Shown: piece after piece, positions 1 to 12,699 of the stretch
Numbering within the stretch: position 1 is the stretch's first letter
Layout: the number at the start of each line of letters is the position of its first letter
Assembly: GCF_009914755.1 (NCBI RefSeq)
Contig: NC_060938.1
Reading direction: 5' to 3' (one strand)
Length of the DNA stretch: 64,000 nt
Origin: the human T2T-CHM13v2.0 reference genome, Homo sapiens
Program-made: the position numbers and the translations under genes
The notes under the pieces: generated by a model
What the model saw: the letters and a program-made list of their open reading frames with translations, nothing else
Told to the model about the DNA's origin: nothing
Databases searched by the model: none

Positions 1-176
1 TGAGCACCTGCGATTACAGGTGTGCACCACCATGCCTGGCTAATTTTTGTATTTTTAGTAGAGAAGGGGTTTCACCATGTTGGCCAGGCTGGTCTGGAAC
101 TCCTGACCTCAAGTGATCAGCCCATCTTGGCCTCCCAAAGTGCTGGGATTACAGGTGTGAACCACCGCGCCCGGCC
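1..176 (-). mobile_element. Alu (S-type), truncated by window edge
   Basis: Antisense Alu left arm ending ...gcgcccggcc. Confidence 0.9.
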
Positions 177-984
177 TCCCCACATTGGACTTTCTAAGGA
201 ATATTACCTAGCCACAGATCTACAGGGTGTGTTTGTTTCTTAAAGCCTATGAAAACCCACCCCTTCTTTTTGGTTTGTTTCTTTTATACGACCCTTAAAT
301 GTCTTTCTCCAGAGCCCTGCCACCCACCTTCTTCCTGCGCACTCTACCTTTTCTCTCTGTGATATCTTTTCTAATCCTATGCTTTTCACTACTGTTCAAA
401 GGTGGATGACTCCCCAGTTGATACCTCTAGCCTTGAACTCTCTCAGACACCTTATATTACCGGGCTTCTGGTCCTCTCCACCCACAGGCACATCAGGATT
501 GACAGCTGCAAAACCAACAGTGTTGGCTTCAGAGCTACACAGGCAACTCCTACTTGTTCTTACAATATTGAATCCATAGTAAGTTGAGAATTAGACTTAA
601 CACACCCAAGTCTGCGTGTCATCATTTCCTGCGTATCTGAGTGGGTAGCATCTCCATCTATCCAGGAATCTGAGCTGGAAAGGTGGAAGCCAATTTCAAT
701 ATCCCTCTTTCCCCACCACGTTAGTCATCACGCCCTTTTGGTTCTTCTTTTAAAATATCTTTGAACTCCACTTGTTCCTCTGTGTCTTTCTTGCCAATGG
801 GCCATTATCAGCTTTCAACAGAACACTTTGGTGCCTTCTTGGGGGGTCTTCCTACCACCCATTCTTTTTTTCTTCCATTTTCTTTTTTCCTGACATATGG
901 TGGTAGAAATCTTAAGGAAATAAAACTGAGCACAGCATTCCTTGTGTGAAATACTGCCTTGCCTGTAAAATCTCATTAATGTAG

Positions 985-1230
985 CCTAGGCAGTGGCTAA
1001 TAGCCTGGACTCTGGAGTCAGACTGCCTAGGTTTAAATTTCTTCTACTTGCTGAGTTAGCATAGGTGGGTTATATAATCTGTCTGTTCTTCAATTTTCTC
1101 ACCTATAAAATGGGCGATAATATTAATACATAATTTGTAGGGTGTTAGAAGGATTCAATGAGTTAATATTTGTGATATGCTTAAAAAAGTGCCTAGCACA
1201 TAGTAAGTACTACTTATGTAGCATTTACTA
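985..1230 (+). mobile_element. MIR (representative; others at about 1620-1850, 3905-4145, 21540-21790, 24660-24850, 27355-27585, 51070-51290, 61670-61910, 63010-63250)
   Basis: ggactctggagtcagactgcc...tctcacctataaaatggg core. Confidence 0.7.
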
Positions 1231-2425
1231 CGTGCTTTGTTAGTGTGTGCCTTATTAAATAAAATAAATATATATCCTTAGCTTGACCTAGAGGCCTTTC
1301 AAAACTGGACACTGTTGACCTCTCCAAGCTCAAGTTCTCTATCCTCCTGCCCTTGACACTGTGCCTGCAATAAAACTCAACAGTTTGTCATTGTTCAGTA
1401 CCATTGTGCTTTTCCTTGTGTTTCCTTTTGTCCCTGGATTCTTCTTCTTCACTCTTCCTTCCCACCTCTCCTCCCCCTTATAATCCTTCAAATCAGTTAT
1501 TCATCTTTTAAAATTCAGATCAAATGCCTCCTCTCTGAGGCCATCCCTATACCAGTGGACACAGATAACACTTCTTTCCCTGAGCTACTTCTGTGCCCAT
1601 GTGTGTTTTATTAGAGTGACGAGGCTGGAGCCTCTGGAGTGGGACAGACATAATTCTAATTCTGATTTGACCACCTCCAAGCTCTGTGACTCTGGGCAAG
1701 TTACTTAACCTCTCTGAGCCTCATCTGTAAGATAGGAGTAGGTTACCTACTTGATGAGGCTATGTGAGGATTATATGGCCGTGTGTGTACTGAGTGCCGG
1801 GTCCAACTCTCAGCACATGGTAAGCTCACAGCAAGTACTGTATTGTTATGATTTCCACTAATACAGCCATTATGTGCTATTTAATTTGTAGTTCGCGTAT
1901 GTGTCCCCATGACGGTTGGGGCCCTGTTTTACTAAGCTTTATAATCCCAGTATCTCCTGTAGTAGATGATCACTAATATTGACAGTTAACTGAACTTCTG
2001 GGCCTCAACACTCATCATCCCACTTGAGATAAAATCAGTGTCTTGGCCACACAGACCTCCCAAGCCTTGTCCCCAGCAGGTTGGTTTTGTTTTCTTGAAG
2101 CTTGTCTGAAGGAGATAAGTCTGCACCTGGGAGGTGACAAGATGTTCTAAACCAAGCAGGTGGTGTGCAGCAAGGTGTGAAGGCTTGCTTGGGAGATGTG
2201 GCTGGAGGTGTGAGGGGGGCCTGAGACCTTGGTGGGCAGGACTGTGCCAGCTGTGGGAAGAAGAGGCAGGTGAAACAGGAAGAGCATGGAGAACCTGAGG
2301 TAAAGGAGAGGGCAGCCAGGGGTGGAGGATTGCGGAGCAGGGCTGAAGGAGAACACAGAGGCTGGACAGGTCTGCTCTCAGGGCCGGTGCGATTACCTCG
2401 TCCATCTTCCTATCTGCTCATGTGC

Positions 2426-2790
2426 TATATTAGTCTGTTCTCACACTGCTATAAAGACATGTCTGAGAACAGGTAATTTATAAAGAAAAGAATTTTAATT
2501 GACTTACAGTTCGGCATGGCTGGGCAGGCCTCAGAAAACTTACAATCATGGCAGAAGGGGAAGAGGCACATTTTACATGGCATCAGGTAAGAGAGAGCTA
2601 GCAAGAGCAGGGAAAACTGCCTTATAAGCCCATCAGATCTCATGAGAACTCACTACCACGAGAACAGCATAGGGGAGCCACCCTCATGATCCAGTCACCT
2701 CCCACCTGGTCCCTCCCTCAACATGTGGAGATTATGGGGATTATAATTTGAGATGTGATTTGGGTGAGGACACACAGCCAAACCATATCA
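2426..2790 (-). mobile_element. MaLR solo LTR (MST-like)
   Basis: tatattagtctgttctcacactgctataaag ... ccaaaccatatca. Confidence 0.8.
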
Positions 2791-3085
2791 TGTACCTTGC
2801 TGAGAAGTGGACTTTCCCTGAACCCTTTGTTTTAAATTGCAGTCCTCTCCCTCAGCACTCTTAATTCCTTCTTATCTACTTTATTATTTTTTCCTGAGTA
2901 CTTGTCACCATTGGGCATACTATTTGTTATATTTATGTGTTTGTTTATTATCTGTCTCTCTCCACTAGAATTTAAGAGCCACAAAGGCAAGTATTTTAAT
3001 CTGTTTACACTGATGTGTCACCAGCACCTAGAACATTGCCTGACACATAATAAGTGCTTAATAAATATTTATTGAATGAATGAAT
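2790..3085 (+). mobile_element. L2 3' end
   Basis: ...gtgcttaataaatatttattgaatgaatgaat terminus. Confidence 0.7.
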
Positions 3086-3107
3086 CCCACCACACAAGGA
3101 TCACTGC

Positions 3108-3472
3108 CTGTCTTAGTCCGTTCAGGCTGCTATAGGAAAATAGCTTTGACTGGGTAATTTAGAAATGACAGACATTTTTTACTCATGGTTCTGGCGAGTG
3201 GGAAATCCAGGATCAAGTTGCCAGCAGATTCAGTGTCTGGTGAGGGCCAGTTCTTCTAGGTGGTGTCTTCAATGTGTGCTCACATGGCAGAAGGGCCAGA
3301 AGGGATAAATAAGCTTCCTCTGGCCTCTGCTGTAAGGGCACTAATCCCATTCATGAAGGCTCCACCCTCGTGACCCAATCACCTCCCAAAGGCTCCACCT
3401 CTTATTATCACACTGGGGATGATTTCAACATATAAACTTAGGTGGGGGAATGTGAGCATTCAGGCCATAACA
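3108..3472 (-). mobile_element. MaLR solo LTR (MLT1A/MST-like)
   Basis: tgtcttagtccgttcaggctgctat ... caggccataaca. Confidence 0.75.
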
Positions 3473-3524
3473 CTGCCATTTATATTTTTGTGTTCATTCA
3501 TTTAGTAAGTAGGTTTCCAAAAAT

Positions 3525-3860
3525 TTGTTTGAGGTGTAAGCCATGTACAATAAAGTACCTCAATTTTCTAAGTGTACAATTTGAGTACTGGCAAATGTAT
3601 ACACCTGTGTAACAAACACCGTAGTCAAGATAGAGAACATTTCCATCACCCCCAAAAAGTTTTTCTGTGCCTCTTGGTGGTCAGTTGCTGTCCCCACCCC
3701 TGGCCCCAGGCAACCACGATGTAGTTTTTGTCATTATTTATGGACTTTTCTGTTTCCAGAATTTTATGTAATGGACTTATGTCTTGTTTTGCTCAGCATA
3801 ACATTTTAAAGATTTATCTATGTTGCAAGCAGCCGTGGTAAATCTGATTTTATTGTCGAG
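3525..3860 (-). mobile_element. Old L1M 3'-end fragment
   Basis: caagatagagaacatttccatcacccc...ccccaggcaaccac motifs. Confidence 0.7.
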
Positions 3861-6314
3861 CAAATCGTTTTTTTAATTTGCTTTGTGGTGTTTTGTGACC
3901 ACCAGGGAGCATGTGCTGTAGATCCAGGCTGCCTGGTTAGAGTTTTGGCTTCACCACTCACCAGCTGTGTGGCTTTGGGCAGTTTTATTCTCCCAGTGCC
4001 TCCAGCCTCTCATCTGTTAAATGGGGTAATGATCATACCTACCTTATAGTATTCCAGAGAGAAGAATTAAATGAATTAGACACATAAAGTGCTTAGAGTG
4101 GTGCCTGGCACATAGTGAGTATTCAAAAATTGTTAGCTGTTATTACTTCCATTTTGCAAATGAAGAGAAAAACTCCTGAGGCACAGAAAAGTTGTTTGTT
4201 CAGTGTTATTTGGATTGTAGGAAGAATTAGAATTGAGATCTGTCTGATTTCACTCTTTGTCCTGTCACCTCCTAGAGTCTGGTCTTTCTCTTTTGGGCTA
4301 GGCTCTTGTGGGTGGCACACACAGAAGGGGGATGAAGGGAAAAAGCAGGTACTCAGCTTGGGGGATGTCTGAATCCTACCTCAGTGTTCACTTAGTTTTT
4401 CTCCACCGTTTCACCCTCCCCACCACTGTGGGTAGAGTTTCACCCCCTCCTCTGGTCTGCCAAGGGAGTGGAGTTGGGCCTTCTTGCCCTTTGCTCCCCT
4501 CCTGGGCCCTCTCAGGCAGCTGAGCCTTGCATCAGGAACACCTCTTGCAATCACACAGCATCAGCCCTGTGAGAAGCTAATTTGATAAACCCCACTCCAA
4601 AGCTCATTGAACCTGTCTATAACGATGCTTAATTAAAGTGCAGAAACTTTGAAGAGATAGCAAGTTACTGCTTAATGCAATACCAGAGTGCCACTATTCT
4701 AACGTCTGCCTCTTTCTCTGCAGTAATTGCTTCCTGACATTTGTTTATTTTAATTAGGAGAGCAGTCTTGATCAAGAGGGAGGGCAGACAGGGTCAGAAC
4801 TGTTAGGGAGGAGGAAGAAAGTGGAAAAGGGGGGCTATGCTGTTGTAGGGGTGGCCCGAAGGGGAATCACTGTTGTCTTCATGGTATAAGTGGTTTTATC
4901 TTTCCATAGGGATGGAACTGTAGAACTTCCTCCCTACAGTGAAAGCATAAGGCTGACTCTGGGATCATATGCTTAGGGTCTGGGGGTGTCCTTTAGAAAG
5001 TATGGGAGCTTCTTGGCTAGCAAATGGAGCCTCCTACTTTGTTAGAAGGGAAAGTATAGATGGAGCTGGCAGATCTCAGAGTGGTGTTATGAGCACAACT
5101 AACTAGATTACTGTGACTCAGTGGAGACACTTCTAGTACCAATAGGGTCTCAGAGCTGAGAGAGAGAGATGGTCATTCATATCTGTTAGTTCTAATGGTT
5201 CTCACTGGTGGTTTCACAGTGTGTCTGGTTATCTTTGATTGCATGTTGGTCATTGTACATGAAAATGATTTATAAGTATAACTTAAGCCTGAGATGATGA
5301 AGGTGCCTTCCTCTACAGAACAATTTTATTTTATTTTTCTGGCAGACACTTGAGGGCACTATAAATCTTGCCCCCACCCTTAAATGAAATTAATGGCTTG
5401 AGGCTTCCTCAAAAACAAGTGATTCAAACCCAGTCTGTAGATTCTCTTGAGGACTAGTCAATTTCTGATTTATCCTCACCCTTAGGGGCCCAGCTTATTG
5501 TGAGGAGGGTCTACTTTTGGTCTCCCCATTTCATGTGGGTTCTGGTTGTGGATTTTTTTCTCTCTTGCCCTGCCAGGCTGTCAAAATAAAGATCAAATTT
5601 GCCAGACTCACAAGATGTCTTCAGGGCAAAAGTGATTTTCATACTTGTCTGGATTCCTGTTTCCTTTCACTTTTAGACTAGTCTTTCCTTACTATCTGAT
5701 CAGCATTTTGGTGATTTTAAGAAGATACACTGTGCTTTTTAATCCAGATCTTTAGTTGTTTTTAATGGTAATAGCCTGCCATTACCAGAAAGAAAAAGTC
5801 CCCTGGTAGCAGTTTTTCAATTAGATATATTTTTACTTTTGGTAGTGGAACTTTTTTTTGGTCAAATGAAATCTTACATAGAATCTCAATACCAAAAACA
5901 AAACAAAATGAAATAAAAAAAAGTGGAGCTTTTCTGGTTAAAATGTGGTTTGGGGGTCTCCAGGGCCTGCCAACTAGGCCTCCCTTTTGTTAGACCCACT
6001 TAGAGCATCTCTAAGGACCTGGGTTTTATGGACATGGCTTAAAAAACTGTTCTGAGGAGCTCCCTGGTTTGGCTGATTTTGAGGAACCACAGCTTTGGCA
6101 AAACTCATCTAGTGCTTTCCTTGGAAACAAATAGTTCTTGATAGTTTAGGATGGCTAGAAGCCTAGGCCTTGGGTAGCATGCTACAAGAAAGGACAGGAT
6201 GTGCTGCCTGAGTCCCAGAGAGCCCCTGTGGAAGTCAGGCCAGGTTAGTGGGGATCATCTTAGTCCTCTTAGGAAGACTGATCTGAGATGGGGGGAAGAG
6301 AATGGAAGGGGAAT

Positions 6315-6960
6315 TAGGATGAGTTCTCCAAGAAGCAGACATCAAAACAGGATTGATTAGACATGCAAGAATCTTATTGAGGGAGATGCCTATGTAGGAT
6401 TAAAGGGGAGGGAGCAGGAAGGAGGGAGAGTGTTCAGACCTTGATGCACACCTGACTCCGGTGAAAGGAGACAGCAAGGAAAGATTGAGTAGGAAGAGCC
6501 TCCTCTGCAGCCCAGCTCTGAGAAAGTCTCAGCCAGGCTGATGGGAAGTCCCCAAGCAAGAGTTGATTGTTAGAGGAATCCTGAATTGGATGGGAATGGA
6601 TTGGCATGAGTACTCCAATGTGCTTGGTTGTTGGCTGGAAGCAGCTTTGGGGGAGTGGCCGCAATGTGAATGCAGTGATGGATCCAAAAGGTGGTAGCTG
6701 TGCTGTTGTCAACTCTGCTCTCTGTGGCATGTCCTCTTGAAAGAGATCTCAGTGGTGCACTTCCATGGCTGCCCTCATAGGGGAGGGCCAGGCCACCCAG
6801 AGAGCAATGAGGCATTTGCTGAAACACAGCGAGAGGGGAGGGAGAGCAAAACATATTTTTCCAGACCCGGGGACAGCTATAGTGAACTGTTGTCTGTTTA
6901 TTCGCCAGAAACTCAGTGTCCAAGCAAGTGGGATTTGCTCAGCTCATGTGAGCATGTTAT
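6315..6960. mobile_element. ERVL LTR relic (LTR16-like)
   Basis: gagttctccaagaagcagac...atgcaagaatcttattgagggagatgcc; family assigned from memory. Confidence 0.5.
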
Positions 6961-9665
6961 CTGAGTTTGCTGGCAGCAGGCCCATAGTAGCAGATCCCTC
7001 TTCATTACCTAAGGATACCCTGATGTGTCTGTTCCTGTGGTCTCTTCTACCTTACCTCCAGCTTCCTAAACCCTTCCAGTGGTTTCAACTGTTCTTCACA
7101 TAAAGACTACACCCTTTATCCTTGCCTTCTGGGCCTGGTCTGGGCCCTTTCTAGCCCTCCATTCTTATTGCCTACTATGCTTTCCTCCCTGTCCCTGTTC
7201 CAGCCCCACTGGCCTTTCAGTCTCTTGCACTTGCCTTGCTCATTCCTACCACAGGGCCTTTGTCCATGATGTTTCCTCTGCCTGGGGTGCTCTTCCAGAA
7301 GAGTCTCTTTCCTTCATATCTCTGCACAAGAGTAACTTCTTCAGGGAGGGCTGGAGTCCCCTCCTAGTGCTCTTTAAGTACCGTGTTCAGACATGGTACA
7401 TTGTGCCTTGGTGGCATTTGTTACAGTCACAGTTTCACATCTTTCCTGGCTGGAATCAGAAATTTCCAAAATTCCTGATTTTTCCAATAGGCTAAAAGCT
7501 CCACAAGGGCAGGGGCTACCTCTGTCTTTGCTGATCATTGTGCCTCCATGCCGGACACACTCGGGATGCTTAGTCATGATGTTTTGGTCTAGTGGATAAT
7601 CTACAAAGAGGGTGGTAAATAGAATAAGTGGATATTCGATCAGTAAAAAGAAAATAAGTGTTGAAACAAAATACAAGGCAGAGCGAGGCACACTACTCCA
7701 GAGGTGGGAGTGACTTTCAAAGTCCTTGTTTGCCCAGCCTCCTTGTCTTGCATTAGAAGAGACCAAGCATCAGGAGGCCAGTGACTTCCCCATGTTTACA
7801 TGGCAAGGGGCGCCAGAGCTGGGGCTCACACCTTGGTTTCTCGATTCTGACTCGAGTGCACTCTTTGCTGTGGGGGGCCTTGCGTGGTCACGGAGCATGA
7901 GATTTGAAGGCAAATGCCTGGGTTCCATATGGGCTGTCTTCTCAGAGTTGATTTGACCTTGAATAAACCATTAACCTGTAGGACTCTTTCTTCGTCTGTA
8001 AAATGGGGGTGGTCATGTGCATTTTAAATGGAAACTTTGAATATTAAATGAGATAATATGTGAAAGAGTGCTCTTTTGTAAACTCTAAAGTATTTTACAA
8101 ATGTCAATACTGTGCCACGTCTTAGTATTTTCAAAGAAGCCTAAACCCACTGGAGATGGGGGTGGATGGGGGTACTGTCCAGACCCTGTTGCTGATCCTG
8201 TTCCCGAGCCCACTCTGGCCCTCTCCCCCTGACCCTGTAGATGAGATCTTTTTATGTATTTCTAAAAAGGAGCTAAAACGTTTTTGGAGCATCGGCTCTA
8301 TGGAGGAGAGAGGAGACCTGTGGGATGGACCAGTGTTTTAGCTTCTGGGTCCCTGCTCCTTCATCAGTGGAAGGAAGGGGTTGCCTCATGTCTAAAGGCT
8401 CCTTTCAGCAGGAAGCTCCATCAGTCTTCATGAACAGGACGAGCTCAAATCAGGAAGGGGAGGCTATTACCAGACAGGCTCCCAAACAGGGCACAAAGCA
8501 AGGGGAGGCGGCATGGCCTCCAGCTTGAAAGATTTGTTAGATCCCAGAAAGAACTTTCTGGCATTCAGAATGGTTAAATGCTGGACATAGAGAAGGCAAC
8601 AAAGGTTGTGGAAATTGCATTCTGGAGGTCTTTATAAAGAGAAGAAAAATTCAACTGGAGTTCTGTTGGAACTGGGGAAATAGACTAGGAAGCACCCTTG
8701 TCCACAGCTGTTTCCTGCCGCTGCTTTGTTGGTGCTGGGAAGTTTCGTTTGTGCTGGGGGGGTTTCGTTTGTGCTGCAGGGGGGTGGGGGGGGGCAGGGG
8801 TTAGTTTGTGCACCTAGGTGGCCACTCTTTGGATCTCCCACATCTGTTCTGGGTTCTGAACTTTGACCCCGTTCCTGCTTCTTCCTTCTTAAGGGCATCC
8901 CTCCCAGGGCTTGGTCTGGGTGCCATAGCTCCAGATAATAAAAACTCAGCCTCAGCAGTGATTGATAAACTGCTCTGTGTGTAATGATAACATGGGGAAT
9001 TTCCTGCCAAGATGACCAATCAAAGAGGAAACAGAGGAGAAAGTTTTGTTAAAAATTTTTAGGGAGCATGGTATAAAAACTTTAATTGGTTTTATTTTTG
9101 CGGCCATTTTTCCGTGTGTATCTGTCTCCCTTCCTCATTTTTAACCCTCTTGAGACTGGATAGAGATTTCCCAAGCAAGTATAAAAGTAATTATATTCAA
9201 AGACAGATTTTTTTTTTCTTCCTAAAGGTATCAAGTTAATTGTCTTTTCTGGGGCTAATTGTCTTTTCTTTGGTCCAGGTGTGAAATGACAGCTTAGTGC
9301 CGATGACAGTTTGCATTTGTAAGTCCTTTTCATATACATGATCTCATTTTGTCCTCCAGATGTCTCTGTGGCTTGTTCTTTTTGTTCCATTGCTCAGATG
9401 AGTAAACTGAGGTCCCACTTGGCAAAGCTCACAGAACCAGTGTCAGCTCTGCTGTGAATGCTGCTGTTTTCCCATCTTGTTCTACCACTACACAACACAG
9501 CAGTGGGGAAGCTACAGGGTTCCTTGTTCTCTAGCTGGCCAGAGCCCCTGAGCTTCCCTGTGGCTGGCAAAGGCAAGTTGGCTTGAGACAATGTTTTCAC
9601 TGGTTGGTAGGAGAATGAAGACCTCCCCAGCAATGCAGCGAGTTTGAAAAGGAGCATAGCTTTAT

Positions 9666-10111
9666 GCATTAGTTTCCTGGGACAGCTCTAACAAAGTACC
9701 AGCAACTGGGTGGCTTAAGACAACAAAAATTTATTAGCTCATAGTTCTGGAGGCCAGAAGTCTGAAACCAAGGTGTTGGCAGGGCCACGGTCCCTCTGAA
9801 GGCTCTAGGGAAGATTCCTTCCTCGCCTCTTCTCGGCTTCTGGTGTTACCGGCAATCCTTGGCGTTCCTTGGCTTGTAGTGGCCTCACTCCAGTGGCCAC
9901 TTCCATCATCACATGGTTGTCTTCCCTGTGTCTCTGTGTCCACATCTCTCTATCCCTCTAAGGACACTAGGGATTAGATTTGCAGCCCGGCCTACTCCAG
10001 TATGACCTCATCTTGACTTGATGACATCTGTAAAGACCCTATATTCAAATAAAGTCACATTCACAGGTACCAGGTGTTAAGACTTCAACATGTCTTTCTC
10101 AGCCCACAACA
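9666..10111 (-). mobile_element. MaLR solo LTR (MLT1B/C-like)
   Basis: tgcattagtttcctgg...gtggcttaagacaacaaaaatttatt ... cccacaaca. Confidence 0.8.
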
Positions 10112-10380
10112 CCTCATCTTAGTCTAGCCTTCCTGCTTATTTGATTTAAAAATTACCCTTTTAATACACAAAATTATAGTTCTCATAGATGGTAGTTTTT
10201 ATTTTATAAATGTATGAGACTCAGAAAAATAGCAAACCCTCGTATTTTTATCACTCAAATGAACAATTGACATATATTTTCTTAACAATATTTTTTAAGA
10301 ACAAAAATATTACAAATGTAGATTTAAAAATTATTGTTAACCATCTTCTCACTTACATTATCTTCTCTTTTTGCTGAGAG

Positions 10381-10534
10381 CAGTGGTTCTCAACCAGGAC
10401 AGTTTTGGGGGTGCTACTGTCATCTAGTGGGTAGAGGCCAGGGATGTTGCCAATCATCCAGCAATGCAAGGAGAGCCTGCAACAAGGAATTATCTAGTCC
10501 TAAATGTTAATAGCACTCAGGTTGAGAAACTCTA
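10381..10534. mobile_element. hAT DNA transposon relic (MER20-like)
   Basis: cagtggttctcaacc ... gttgagaaactct termini. Confidence 0.7.
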
Positions 10535-10677
10535 TTTTAAAGAGAAGAATAATCATGATATTGACCTGCATCCTTCTAGAAATATTATTCATTCTTTTTC
10601 ATACATTTACAAGTCTGAATGGTATTGTATTGTGGTATTGTATTGTGCATGAGTATTCTCTTAATGTATATAAATAG

Positions 10678-10975
<298 letters not shown>

Positions 10976-11152
10976 TAAATAGCATTGTCTTAATGTGTAT
11001 AAACAGTGTCATCACATATTCTGCATCTTGCTATTTTCCTTTCTTTAACATTTTTAAAGATTTATCCATGTTCATATATGTATGTGTATATAATATACTT
11101 ATGTGATTTCTTTTAACTGGTTTGTAGTTTGTTGTTTTATAAAAAGGCCTTT

Positions 11153-11372
11153 ATTTGAGGCCCAGTGTTCAAAACCAGCTTGGGCAACATAGCAAGACCC
11201 TGTCTCTACAGAAAAAAAAAAGTTACCTAGGCGTGGTGGCGCACACCTGTAGTCTTAGCTACTTGGGAAGCTGAGGTGGAAGGATTGCTTGAGCCTAGGA
11301 GTTGAGGCTGCAGTAAGCCATGCTCACGCCACTGTGCTCCAGCCTGGGCAACAAAGAAAGACCCTATCGCTC
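11153..11372 (+). mobile_element. Alu (J-like), 5'-truncated
   Basis: gggcaacatagcaagaccc, A-rich linker, right arm. Confidence 0.8.
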
Positions 11373-11828
11373 TCTTTTTTTTTCCCAAAGTCTTTACTTG
11401 ATGAAATAAAAAATTAATCTTATGTCCTTACTAGGCACATTCTCTTTTTGTAGGGGGTCAAATTTTATTTCCCCATGACATCTATAAGTCTAGAAACCTG
11501 GCCAGATGCCACAGGGTAGACCCCCAGTCCTGGTTAGAAAGCATCTCCATTTTCTGGGATACTAATTCTCTCTAAGAACTTAATCCTTCTAGAATAAAGC
11601 AATACCAAAGGCCCCAGGAGTCCTCAATCAGTTGCTAAGAAGAATGAAATTGCATCACAATTCTAATTCATAGCATCTGTAAGGCAGGGCCTTCCTTGGC
11701 TTTTCAAATTTTCTACCTTCCCTCATTTCTTTTTCTTACCTTTGGGATTGGAAGAGTCAGAAGTGATGGGGTACCTAAGCTGTGAGAGTTTCCTTTAATC
11801 CTTGAGGATTTCTGAAAGAGAGCCCCTC

Positions 11829-12200
11829 TGTATTGGTTTGAGGGCTGCCATAGCAAACTACTACAGACTGGGTGGCTTAAACAGCTGAAGTTTATTTTCT
11901 CACAGTTCTAGAGGTTGAAGTCCAAGGTTTTGGCAGGACTGGTTTCTTCTGAGGCCTCTCTCCTTGGTGGGCAGATGGCTGTATTCTCTCCGTGTCATTA
12001 CATTGCTTTCCCTCTGCGTGTATCTGTGTCCAAGTCACCACTTGTTATAAGGACACCAGTTAGATTGGATTAGGGCCCACCCTAAGGACCTCATTTTAAC
12101 TTAGTTAGCTCTTTAAATAATCTAACTCCAAATACAGTCACATTAGGTACTGGGGTTAGGAGTTTTGGTGGGAGGGGGGGATGCAGTTCAGCCCCCAACA
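11829..12200 (-). mobile_element. MaLR solo LTR (MLT1A-like)
   Basis: tgtattggtttgagggctgccatagc ... ttcagcccccaaca. Confidence 0.8.
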
Positions 12201-12699
12201 ATTCCTGTCCAATATACAGGGTGACTATTTCCAGGGGATGGGGAGAATCAGTGGAAATTTCATGTGACATCTGATGCTGAGATTTTTAACCCAATGTTAA
12301 ATTTAAAGTTAGTAGGATTGGAAAATTAGACCTCTTAAAGTGAGGTCCACTGAGATTTTGGTTTCCAGGAGACATTGAATAGGGTGAGAAATTTCCAAAA
12401 GGCCACTGTTGAGAAACCTCATCAGATAAACACAGAAGACCATGTAGCCCAAGTCCAAATTATTAATCTCAAAGGCCGACCAATAAAGGACTCAGTGGAA
12501 AGCACCCTGATCCAAGTTAGAAGGCTTGGGTTTCATCTTGGCCCTGCCTCTTAGCTGTGTGACCTTGAACAAGTTACTTAGACTCGACGTCTTAATTTTC
12601 CCCACCTCTAAAGTGGAAGTAATAATACATCAGTGGATTTATGCAAGGATAAGATGAGCACAGTGCTGGGTATCTGGTGAGTTTTCAAAAATGTTATTT

